A stretch of DNA of 64,000 nt from contig JBBTSM010000002.1 of the NCBI GenBank assembly GCA_038064675.1, forward strand, positions 70,507 through 134,506. Direction: 5' to 3'. This stretch comes from Patescibacteria group bacterium (GTDB taxonomy: Bacteria > Patescibacteriota > Patescibacteriia > UBA9934). The position numbers were made by a program, and so were the translations under genes. The notes under the pieces are model-generated. The model was not told where the DNA came from. It saw only the letters and a program-made list of their open reading frames with translations, and did not search any database. The first letter of the stretch is position 1, and the number at the start of each line of letters is the position of its first letter. Of the stretch, positions 1 to 8,239 are shown in pieces.

Positions 1-537
1 GTGCCGCTGCGGTCTGTGAAGAAGAGCTCATATTATCAAAAAGCAACCGTGGTGTTGCAGGAAACCGAAGTGTTCAATCTTTCGTTGCGAGAGAATATTC
101 TCCTTGCGAATCCGAAGAAGAAAGACGATGCATCGCTGAAGAAGGCGTTGAATATTGCGCACGTCACGTCGTTCCTTCATCGGTTATCTCAGGGCGTCGA
201 GACGATGATCGGCGAGAAAGGTGTAAAGCTTTCTGGTGGCGAGCGCCAGCGAGTTGGAATCGCACGTGCCGTGTTTAAGGAGCCGGAAGTGTTATTCCTC
301 GACGAGGCAACGTCGCATCTTGATGTGGAATCCGAAGAGAAGATTCAGGACTCACTGCATGTGTTTTTCAAGAACGTCACCGCGCTCGTTATTGCTCATC
401 GACTCACAACGATCAAGGAAATGGATCGGATTCTCGTGCTCGAGGGCGGGAGCATCATCGAATCTGGAACATTCGCTGAACTGTACGATCGAAAAGGCCG
501 ATTCTTTGAGCTTTGGGAGAAGCAGAAATTAGGGTAG
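1..537 (+). CDS. ABC transporter ATP-binding domain (MsbA/MdlB-like), 5'-truncated by window edge
   Basis: LSGGERQR signature, Walker B LFLDEATS, IAHRL H-switch. Confidence 0.93.
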   Translation: MPLRSVKKSSYYQKATVVLQETEVFNLSLRENILLANPKKKDDASLKKALNIAHVTSFLHRLSQGVETMIGEKGVKLSGGERQRVGIARAVFKEPEVLFLDEATSHLDVESEEKIQDSLHVFFKNVTALVIAHRLTTIKEMDRILVLEGGSIIESGTFAELYDRKGRFFELWEKQKLG

Positions 538-1833
538 GTATTTCTTGTTCTTCAGCCGCTCCGGCAAGTAGTCTTGTTTCGCATCGTCCGCATTCTTGAA
601 GTTTGGCGTGTACTTGTAGCCTTTACCGTAGCCGAGTTCCTTCATGAGTTTCGTTGGTGCGTTGCGCAGATGGATCGGAACCGGCTCATTCGGAAGGTTT
701 TGAATATCATCGGAAATACTTTGCCACGCCGTGTACAGCGCATTGGACTTCGGTGCTTTCGATAAGTACGCCACGCACTGTGCGATATTCACTGAACATT
801 CCGGCATGCCGATCTGGCCTGCGGCATCGTGCGCGGCAATAGCCTGAACAAGCGCGTTCGGATCCGCGAGACCAATGTCTTCGCTTGCGAATCGAATCAA
901 CCGGCGCGTGACGTAGCGTGGGTCTTCCCCAGAAAGCAGCATCCGCCCCATCCAATACAGTGCCGCATTCGCATCGTTCCCGCGCATGGATTTGTGCAAA
1001 GCAGAGATGATGTTGTAATGCTCTTCGCCATCTTTGTCGTAGTGGAGATGCGATTTCGCAAGCGCGGTCTTGATGAGATCTGATGTCACATTGATTTCTC
1101 TCCCTCCATTTATGGGGGGAGTCGGAGGGGGGCTTGATTGTGAGGGGGCTTTCGAGGGTCTTGCAGTCTTCACCGCCAGATCAAGCGTATTCAAAGCACT
1201 TCGCGCATCGCCGTTTGCAAAGTTCGCTAACATGCCAACCGCTTCGTCGTCGATCGCGATTGCTTCTTTGCCGAGTCCGAGTTCTTTATCGGCGATCGCG
1301 CGCTTCAAGATCTTTACAATCGATTCTGGTTCAAGCTGCTTGAGGACGATCACGCGCGATCGGGAAAGCAACGCACCGTTTACGGCGAAGGATGGATTTT
1401 CAGTGGTCGCGCCGATGAGAGTAATCGTTCCGTTTTCCACCGATGGGAGAAATGCATCTTGCTGCGCCTTGTTGAATCGGTGAATCTCGTCAACGAACAA
1501 AATGGTCTTTCGTTTGTAATATTTCCGATCGGTTTCCGCTTGGTCGATAATCGTTCGCACGTCCTTTACGCTGCCTCCAACCGCACTAAAGGGAACGAAC
1601 CGCGCCTTCGTCATGGTTGCGACGATTCTGGCGAGTGTGGTTTTTCCCGTTCCCGGCGGCCCCCAAAGCATCAAGGATGGCACGTCATCGGAAACAATCG
1701 CCGTATGCAACGGCGAGCCCGGCCCAACCACATCCTGCTGACCCTCGAATTCCTCGAGTGTCCGTGGCCGCATTCGTTCCGCGAGCGGCGTGTTTGCGGA
1801 AGGTTGGGTGATGACAGAGTCGAAGAGGTCCAT
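529..1833 (-). CDS. rarA: Replication-associated recombination protein A (AAA+ ATPase, MgsA)
   Basis: PLAERMRP N-terminus, WGPPGTGKTT, FVDEIHRFNKAQQD, SEDIGLADP, VPIHLRNAPT; start trimmed to MDLF at 1833. Confidence 0.96.
   Translation of the reverse strand: MDLFDSVITQPSANTPLAERMRPRTLEEFEGQQDVVGPGSPLHTAIVSDDVPSLMLWGPPGTGKTTLARIVATMTKARFVPFSAVGGSVKDVRTIIDQAETDRKYYKRKTILFVDEIHRFNKAQQDAFLPSVENGTITLIGATTENPSFAVNGALLSRSRVIVLKQLEPESIVKILKRAIADKELGLGKEAIAIDDEAVGMLANFANGDARSALNTLDLAVKTARPSKAPSQSSPPPTPPINGGREINVTSDLIKTALAKSHLHYDKDGEEHYNIISALHKSMRGNDANAALYWMGRMLLSGEDPRYVTRRLIRFASEDIGLADPNALVQAIAAHDAAGQIGMPECSVNIAQCVAYLSKAPKSNALYTAWQSISDDIQNLPNEPVPIHLRNAPTKLMKELGYGKGYKYTPNFKNADDAKQDYLPERLKNKKYLP
1097..1132. 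repeat. Palindromic REP-like element inserted in frame in rarA
   Basis: TCTCTCCCTCCATTTATGGGGGGAGTCGGAGGGGGG hairpin; shares TCTCTCCC and AGTCGGAGGGGG with 10125-10190. Confidence 0.6.
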
Positions 1834-1861
1834 ACAAAAGAATTGTACGGCGTTTGTTCGG

Positions 1862-1905
1862 AAACAGGAACGCCGCCAGCCCACAGGGGATGGCGGCGTC
1901 CGTCG
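1862..1905 (-). terminator. Terminator hairpin of orphan 1935-2444; 28-bp identical copy at 2576-2603
   Basis: Minus strand GACGCCGCCA-TCCCCTGTGGGC-TGGCGGCGTT-CCTGTTT. Confidence 0.7.
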
Positions 1906-1934
1906 TCTGCGGTTCGTCGTCGCGAGCTCCGCAG

Positions 1935-2444
1935 CTAGACTGCCGGGGGAGCGTCGGGGAGCTGCTCAGCGAGAGCGCGAAGGATCCCTGGCGTGATCGC
2001 GTCGATGGTGGCCGCGATGTCGTGAGCTCGAGGGAGTGTCACCGTGAAAGCCAGGATCTGGGACGCTTTTCGAACTTCATGGTGGTGTGTGCGCACTTCG
2101 TCTGTGTTTGTTCGCTCATCCGCACTGAGGCTTCGCATCAAGCCGAGGGTGCACGTGAGGAGGTTGGTATCCACTGTAATCCCGGTTTGCTGGAATGATG
2201 CCCGCGGCCCTTCGATGTGTTCCCGAGGCACGTGCGCTTTGATGAGTGCCGCGAGAGCAAGGAGATCGACAGTCGGAACGGTGACACGGGTGACTGCGAA
2301 TCCTTGTGCCTTGTTTACGAAGCACGAGACGACTTCATCGATTCGCTTGCTGAGCGGGAAGATGTGAGCGATCGTGATGGTGCTCTGATCTGCGTTGAGG
2401 CCGATCAGGGTCGTCGGTGCGATCGGGTTGAAGACCATGGCCAT
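1935..2444 (-). CDS. Orphan hypothetical protein (169 aa)
   Basis: Fills gap, GAGG SD upstream, followed by terminator; no recognisable motif. Confidence 0.65.
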   Translation of the reverse strand: MAMVFNPIAPTTLIGLNADQSTITIAHIFPLSKRIDEVVSCFVNKAQGFAVTRVTVPTVDLLALAALIKAHVPREHIEGPRASFQQTGITVDTNLLTCTLGLMRSLSADERTNTDEVRTHHHEVRKASQILAFTVTLPRAHDIAATIDAITPGILRALAEQLPDAPPAV

Positions 2445-2500
2445 TGGAACCTCTGGGTGCGTGTACTGTAGCCTATCGGTTCTTTTTTATCATCTTCACT

Positions 2501-2533
2501 CCTTCAGTCATCCCCGCGCAGGCGGGGATCCAG
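2501..2533. repeat. REP-like palindrome GTCATCCCCGCGCAGGCGGGGATCCAG, copy 1
   Basis: 33 bp identical to 53144-53176. Confidence 0.85.
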
Positions 2534-2575
2534 ATCGTTTGGAATATTGGAATATATAAAACGAGAATCCTTCTA

Positions 2576-2620
2576 AAACAGGAACGCCGCCAGCCCACAG
2601 GGGCCGGCGGCGGTCGTCGT
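2576..2620 (-). terminator. Terminator hairpin of orphan 2641-2946; copy of 1862-1889
   Basis: 28-bp identity, GC stem followed by T-tract on minus strand. Confidence 0.7.
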
Positions 2621-2640
2621 GTGTGTTGTCGGGACTTGTC

Positions 2641-2946
2641 TCAGCCCCTGTTCTGCTCGTATTTTTTGAGTGTTGTGGCGAGCCTTGCTCGTTGCGCCGC
2701 CGCAACTCCCGAAGAAGTGTCGAAGATCTTCCCGCCTTCGACGAAGCCCAGAAGCCGCCTCAGCGCCTCCAGTTCTTTTGGGGTGCACTGGATCTTTTTC
2801 GCTTCGCCTTCTGCCGAGATCACAATGATGAGGAGGTCCCCCGAACCGAGTTCTCCTACGCCGACTGCGCCCCCCTCAATCATTTTCATTGCAACGAACC
2901 GCCGCTTTTCGCCAGCTTCCGTTTCTACTTCGATGATACCGGTCAT
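2641..2946 (-). CDS. Orphan hypothetical protein (~101 aa)
   Basis: MTGIIEVET start after AGGA; protein-like composition; terminator downstream. Confidence 0.6.
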   Translation of the reverse strand: MTGIIEVETEAGEKRRFVAMKMIEGGAVGVGELGSGDLLIIVISAEGEAKKIQCTPKELEALRRLLGFVEGGKIFDTSSGVAAAQRARLATTLKKYEQNRG

Positions 2947-2994
2947 GCTTCTTCCTGGTGAATCGAACGAAGAACAGTACATTCAACACTAGTA

Positions 2995-3924
2995 TCAGTC
3001 AATCTTCTTCAACTTCGCCACGAAAAATCCTTCGTATAATTTTGTAGGCAAAAGAGTGATGGATTTGGTTTCTTTGTGGACGATGCCGGGAAATGGGAGA
3101 TCGATTGCCTCGGCGACAAGATTGGGGAATTCGCTGAGCGCCCAGTTCACGATGCGTTCGTTTTCGTTGGGATCGAGAGTACAAGTGGAATACACGAGGG
3201 TTCCGCCGGGTTTGAGTGCCGCGTATGCCGAAGTAAACAATCGGCGTTGGAGTTCTGGGTATGCGTCGTGTGTTGCGTCGTTCCATGTTTCGAAAGAGCT
3301 GTCGTCGTCAGCATCAATCCGGCCTTCGCCGGAACAGGGAACATCGAGAAGAATCTTGTCGAATGCTTCCGGCATCATCGCTCCGAGTTTCGTCGAATCT
3401 ACTTGCTGTGTTTTAACGAATTCTGCGCCTTGGATTTTCAGTGTGTTGTGTAATTTTTGGTATCGAACAAAATTTGGTTCGAATGCGGAAATATTCACAT
3501 TGCCTACCTTGCCCTCTGCCCTTTGTCCTCCCATCACCATCGCCGCCATCTGGCTTGTCTTGCTCCCCGGCGCTGCGCAAAAATCGGCGATTGCTTCGCT
3601 CGGTTTTGGATCGAGGACAATCGGCGGCAACATCGATGTGAGGCCTTGCAAATAGACGAGGCCGTCCAAGCACATCTTATGGTTGAGGAGCTCCTTTGCT
3701 TTTCGATTCTTGATGATGAACGCGTGCGCTAATCCCTTGGAGCGTTCGAACTGAATCAGCTCTTGGCGGAAGATTTCCATGATCGCGGCATCGTTTGATT
3801 TTAACGTGTTCACGCGAAGGGTGACGTTGCGGCTAGTCATGCCCATTACCGCCTGGCGTGCTTTTGCAACGCCAAACTGTTCTTCGAGCCGATCAATGAG
3901 GCTTTGGGGGAGGGAGAAGGACAT
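2995..3924 (-). CDS. RsmB/NOP2/RsmF-family RNA m5C methyltransferase
   Basis: LRVNTLK, DFCAAPGSKT, FDKILLDVPCSGEG, LVYSTCTL..ENE; upstream part of the listed ORF is spurious. Confidence 0.93.
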   Translation of the reverse strand: MSFSLPQSLIDRLEEQFGVAKARQAVMGMTSRNVTLRVNTLKSNDAAIMEIFRQELIQFERSKGLAHAFIIKNRKAKELLNHKMCLDGLVYLQGLTSMLPPIVLDPKPSEAIADFCAAPGSKTSQMAAMVMGGQRAEGKVGNVNISAFEPNFVRYQKLHNTLKIQGAEFVKTQQVDSTKLGAMMPEAFDKILLDVPCSGEGRIDADDDSSFETWNDATHDAYPELQRRLFTSAYAALKPGGTLVYSTCTLDPNENERIVNWALSEFPNLVAEAIDLPFPGIVHKETKSITLLPTKLYEGFFVAKLKKID

Positions 3925-4043
3925 AGGGCGGAGCATAGCAGATTCTTGAAAAATGTCCTCATACACAGCTGGAAATTCAGTATTAAACGTGAAACGCGCC
4001 TCTGGCAAAAGCCGCGGGCGCGTTCGTGTAGGGCGGTGAGTTC

Positions 4044-4490
4044 TTAGAGCCGTTCGCTCTGGATCTCCGCTGAGTTGTACGGAAGCACGCGATCTCGCGG
4101 AATCCGGCGTGTCCCCAGTGCTTCCGGCGTCGGCTCCACATCGATCCACTCTTCGTGTTCGATACTCCACCGCACCCATGCCTGAGGCGTGTCGCCAGGG
4201 ATGGGAACGTTGTTTGGACAGGTGTAGCGGAGGAGGAAGTTCCTGGGGTCGTTCGTCATGTGCGTGATGACGCTTTTCCAACTGGCTTGAAGGGCAGCTT
4301 GCGGAGTGGGGCCGTCTCCCCAGCCCATTGAGCCGAAACCACCGTTGGGATGGGATGCTGTGCAGTTGGGGATGCTGACGTACCATCTGCGAGGATCATC
4401 GGTGGAGAACGTGTTCCGGTAGCGGATGCACGTACCGTGGTCGAGCTGCATGAGCCGTCTCATGATCGTATCTGAATCGACTGCCGGCAT
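4044..4490 (-). CDS. Orphan hypothetical protein (148 aa)
   Basis: GAGGTG SD before ATG, fills gap divergent from leuS. Confidence 0.65.
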   Translation of the reverse strand: MPAVDSDTIMRRLMQLDHGTCIRYRNTFSTDDPRRWYVSIPNCTASHPNGGFGSMGWGDGPTPQAALQASWKSVITHMTNDPRNFLLRYTCPNNVPIPGDTPQAWVRWSIEHEEWIDVEPTPEALGTRRIPRDRVLPYNSAEIQSERL

Positions 4491-4550
4491 GTTTTACACC
4501 TCGCTACACATCTACCATATTTCCTTAGAATTGGATACGATGTGCGGCAT

Positions 4551-6950
4551 ATGTCGTACGACCATAAGAACATCGACGGGAAGTGGCAGAAGCGCTGGAT
4601 GGATGCTGGTGTTTTTGAGGCGAAGAACGATTCTCCAAAAGAAAAGTGCTATTTGCTCGTGGAATTCCCGTATCCGTCGGGCGCTGGGCTTCATGTTGGT
4701 CATCCACGAAGCTACACCGCAATCGATATCATTGCGCGAAAGCGACGCATGGAAGGCAAGAACGTATTGTTCCCGATGGGCTGGGATGCCTTTGGTTTGC
4801 CGGCGGAGAATTACGCCATCAAAACCGGAAACCATCCCGGAACCTTCACGCAAACAAACATCGATACGTTCCGACGCCAGTTGCAGTCGATGGGATTCAG
4901 CTTTGATTGGAGCCGCGAGGTGAACACCACCGATCCCGCGTACTACAAATGGACGCAATGGATGTTCTTGGAATTCTTCAAAGCCGGACTCGCGTATAAA
5001 GCTGAGATGGCGATTAACTGGTGCCCGAAAGATTTGTGCGGACTCGCGAATGAGGAGGTGATTGCCGGAAAGTGTGAGCGCTGTGGAACGCCGGTGGAAA
5101 AAAAGATGAAGTCGCAGTGGATGATTGCGATTACGAAATACGCAGATCGTTTGCTCGCCGATCTGGATACGGTGAATTACTTGCCGAAGATTAAGAAGCA
5201 ACAGGAAGAATGGATTGGGCGTAAAGAGGGAATGATCTTCCATCACAAGGTAAAAGACCTTGACGCTGTTCTCGATAGCTTCACCGCGTATCCAATTTGG
5301 TCGTATGCCGATACGTTCCTCGTCATTGCCCCTGAGCATCCGGTGGTCGCCGATCTCGTTGCTGGAACCGAGTACGAATCTGCGGTAAACGCGTTTATCG
5401 AAGAAACGAAGGCCATCAGCGACGATGCGCGAACGGAAGATTCCTTCGAGAAGAAGGGCGTGTTTACTGGTCGTGTCGCGATCGATCCTCTCACTGGGCG
5501 TGAAATGCCAGTGTGGATTGCAAACTTTGCGTTGATGAATTTCGGAACGGGAATTATTCGTTGTTCTGCGCACGATGAGCGTGACGTGGAGTTTGCGACG
5601 AAGTATCAGATTCCGATGGTTGAAGTTGTTGATCGCGTGAATCCAGATGAACCGGTTAGCGCGCACGACAATGCCGGAGTGTTGAAAGATTCAGGGCCGT
5701 TTACTGGAAAGTCGATCACGCCAGAGCTCATTGAAGAATCCATTGCGTGGTTTGCGGCGCAGGGATTCGGTGAAAAGCATGTGACGTATCGCTTGCGTGA
5801 CTGGGTGTTTTCTCGTCAGCGTTATTGGGGTGAGCCGATTCCGCTTGTTCACTGCGAAGTCGACGGCTGGGTTGCGGTTCCTGTTAAAGAGTTGCCGGTC
5901 GTGCTTCCGAATGTTGAGAATTATCAGCCAACAGAGAATGGTGAATCGCCATTAGCGAACATCGAGAGTTTCGTGAACACGAAATGTCCTCAGTGTGGCG
6001 GGGCAGCAAAGCGCGAAACGGATACCATGCCAAACTGGGCAGGAAGTAGTTGGTATTTCTTGCGCTACACCGACGCGCACAACGACAAGGAATTCGCGTC
6101 AAAAGAGGCATTAAAGCAGTGGATGCCGATCGATATCTACAACGGCGGCATGGAGCACACCACGCTCCACTTATTGTATTCACGGTTCTGGAATAAGTTT
6201 TTGTTCGATAAGGGTTTCGTTCCAACGAGCGAGCCATATGCACGTCGTCATAGTCATGGATTGATCATGTCGGAGGACGGAACAAAGATGAGTAAGAGCA
6301 AGGGCAATGTGGTGAATCCGGATGAGATCGTCGACCAACACGGCGCCGACACGCTTCGTGTGTACGAAATGTTCATGGGGCCGTTCGAGGAGCCGGTGCC
6401 ATGGAACACGAATGGCGTCATTGGCGTTCGACGGTTCTTGGATAAGGCGATCCGCATGGTCGAGAAGGTTTCGGAGAATGAAGACGTTGCGGTGACGAAA
6501 TCGTTGCACCGTACAATTGCGAAGATCGCGAGCGACATCGAAGGATTCGGATTCAATACTGCCGTTGCGCAGCTCATGATGTTCGTGAATGTGGTGCAGG
6601 AGAAGGGCGCGATTACGACGGAATCGTTGAAAACATTCTTGCGTGTTCTTGTCCCATTTGCTCCGCACGTCGCGAATGAAATGTGGGAGAAGCTCGGCGG
6701 AGTGGGATTCGTTGAGGAGCAGGAGTGGCCGGTTGCCGATGCGTTGATGCTGAAAGACGACACCGTCGAGATTGCAGTGCAGGTGAACGGAAAGCTTCGA
6801 GGAACGATTGTGGTCGCGTCCGACGAGATCGAAGAAACGATCGTAAAGATGGCGCGGACTGATGAGAATGTTTCGAAGTATGTGACCGGTGAACCAAAGA
6901 AGACGATTGTAGTGAAGGGGAAGCTGGTGAACTTTGTGGTGGAGCTTTAG
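4551..6950 (+). CDS. leuS: Leucine--tRNA ligase
   Basis: FPYPSGAGLHVGH, GWDAFGLPAEN, FSRQRYWGEPIP, KMSKS. Confidence 0.98.
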   Translation: MSYDHKNIDGKWQKRWMDAGVFEAKNDSPKEKCYLLVEFPYPSGAGLHVGHPRSYTAIDIIARKRRMEGKNVLFPMGWDAFGLPAENYAIKTGNHPGTFTQTNIDTFRRQLQSMGFSFDWSREVNTTDPAYYKWTQWMFLEFFKAGLAYKAEMAINWCPKDLCGLANEEVIAGKCERCGTPVEKKMKSQWMIAITKYADRLLADLDTVNYLPKIKKQQEEWIGRKEGMIFHHKVKDLDAVLDSFTAYPIWSYADTFLVIAPEHPVVADLVAGTEYESAVNAFIEETKAISDDARTEDSFEKKGVFTGRVAIDPLTGREMPVWIANFALMNFGTGIIRCSAHDERDVEFATKYQIPMVEVVDRVNPDEPVSAHDNAGVLKDSGPFTGKSITPELIEESIAWFAAQGFGEKHVTYRLRDWVFSRQRYWGEPIPLVHCEVDGWVAVPVKELPVVLPNVENYQPTENGESPLANIESFVNTKCPQCGGAAKRETDTMPNWAGSSWYFLRYTDAHNDKEFASKEALKQWMPIDIYNGGMEHTTLHLLYSRFWNKFLFDKGFVPTSEPYARRHSHGLIMSEDGTKMSKSKGNVVNPDEIVDQHGADTLRVYEMFMGPFEEPVPWNTNGVIGVRRFLDKAIRMVEKVSENEDVAVTKSLHRTIAKIASDIEGFGFNTAVAQLMMFVNVVQEKGAITTESLKTFLRVLVPFAPHVANEMWEKLGGVGFVEEQEWPVADALMLKDDTVEIAVQVNGKLRGTIVVASDEIEETIVKMARTDENVSKYVTGEPKKTIVVKGKLVNFVVEL

Positions 6951-6954
6951 AAAA

Positions 6955-7003
6955 ACGTCAGGCCGTGTTCTGTGTTTTTTTGCACAGTATGGCCTGACTT
7001 TTG
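6955..7003 (+). terminator. Intrinsic terminator after leuS
   Basis: GTCAGGCCGTG...TATGGCCTGAC stem followed by TTTT. Confidence 0.65.
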
Positions 7004-7045
7004 TGATTTCCGGAATTTTATGACAATCTGTGTGTGGAGGTTCTC

Positions 7046-8140
7046 ATGACCCTGGATAAGAGTGCTTTCGGTGCCGCACTCGGCCTGTGTGATGTGTCGC
7101 GTTTGGAGTGGGCGGAGATTCTTCTTGTCGCCAATCGGGAAGTGATTGCCAACGAGACGCTTGTTAGTATTGTGGAAACGCTCCATGCGTCCATCGCGCA
7201 GAGCGGGTATACCGACATGGCTTTCACTGATCTGGACGAAATGTTCCAGGAATACTTCTCTCATCGGCCCGAGCAGTGGCGTGTCGTGGTTGAGCGCTTG
7301 CGTTCAGAGACGTGGAGCTTCCCCGAATTGTGCATCATCCTTGCTGTGCTTCACTGTGGTCGGAAGACGCTTCCGGAAACCCAGGGAGTGGTCTTCGATC
7401 TTGCACTGGCACTGACGACGACGATCGATAGCTGCCGCGTGCTTCATTCGCTGGCAGCGACGAATGCGCAGATGCGGTCTGTGCTGGAGCGGATGTTCCA
7501 GCTAGGCGTGTACACGGCCGATCTGGAGCTGCTCATCTGGTACGCCAGCCAACTGCCCAGCGAGCGCTCCGCGTGCGACGTCCTTGTCCGTCGGCTCGAC
7601 GAGGTTCCTCTGGATTCTGCTGAGCATCGGAAGATCTGGCTCCGTGTGTACCTGACGTGCGCGTTGTTTTCCGATCTGGAAGTCGATCTGCACGATAGGC
7701 TGTCTCGGCTGCTGGTGTTTCCGCTCACCGCCGCCGGCGATGTTGAGCTGCTGGCGAAGATCTGTCGGGATGTGGCGGGTGAAAATCTGCTGTTCGACAC
7801 CGCGACGACCAGTGTGATCGCAATCGCCTTCGCAATTGAAGGCGATCCGAATCGTCATCCGGATGTGGGCTATCAGTCGCTGGCAGCTGCAGCGGCGGTG
7901 ATGCGCGATCTGCTTCACCCTAATGCGATCATGAATCATCCGCTCATGCCGCAGTCGAGGGTGCTGCTTGCGCGCAGTAGGTTATGGAGGGCTATGGAAG
8001 CGCGAATCGGAAATCGTGACGACGCGGTGCATCTCCTCAAGCAGGTTTCGCGAAAGGACGACGAACGCCTGTTCCTCCGACTGTGTGTACTCGTGCGAAA
8101 ATTCTCCACTACGCCGGCACCGGACGAACCACAGGGGTAA
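7046..8140 (+). CDS. Orphan hypothetical protein (~364 aa, Leu-rich, probably helical)
   Basis: GGAGG SD, long ORF, terminator at 8156-8196. Confidence 0.75.
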   Translation: MTLDKSAFGAALGLCDVSRLEWAEILLVANREVIANETLVSIVETLHASIAQSGYTDMAFTDLDEMFQEYFSHRPEQWRVVVERLRSETWSFPELCIILAVLHCGRKTLPETQGVVFDLALALTTTIDSCRVLHSLAATNAQMRSVLERMFQLGVYTADLELLIWYASQLPSERSACDVLVRRLDEVPLDSAEHRKIWLRVYLTCALFSDLEVDLHDRLSRLLVFPLTAAGDVELLAKICRDVAGENLLFDTATTSVIAIAFAIEGDPNRHPDVGYQSLAAAAAVMRDLLHPNAIMNHPLMPQSRVLLARSRLWRAMEARIGNRDDAVHLLKQVSRKDDERLFLRLCVLVRKFSTTPAPDEPQG

Positions 8141-8155
8141 ATCACCTGACGACGA

Positions 8156-8196
8156 GAAGCCCTGGGCCGTACGCGGCTCGGGGCTTCTGTGCGTTT
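8156..8196 (+). terminator. Terminator after orphan 7046-8140
   Basis: GAAGCCCTGGGCC-GTACGC-GGCTCGGGGCTTC hairpin. Confidence 0.6.
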
Positions 8197-8239
8197 AGGC
8201 TGAGGACGAATGCGGAATTTGATAGGATGGTGCGGAGAT

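Noticed and set aside
3925-4386. Long N-terminal extension of the RsmB/F ORF in the track
   Set aside because: Overlaps the better-supported orphan 4044-4490 in another frame; homology begins near 3924
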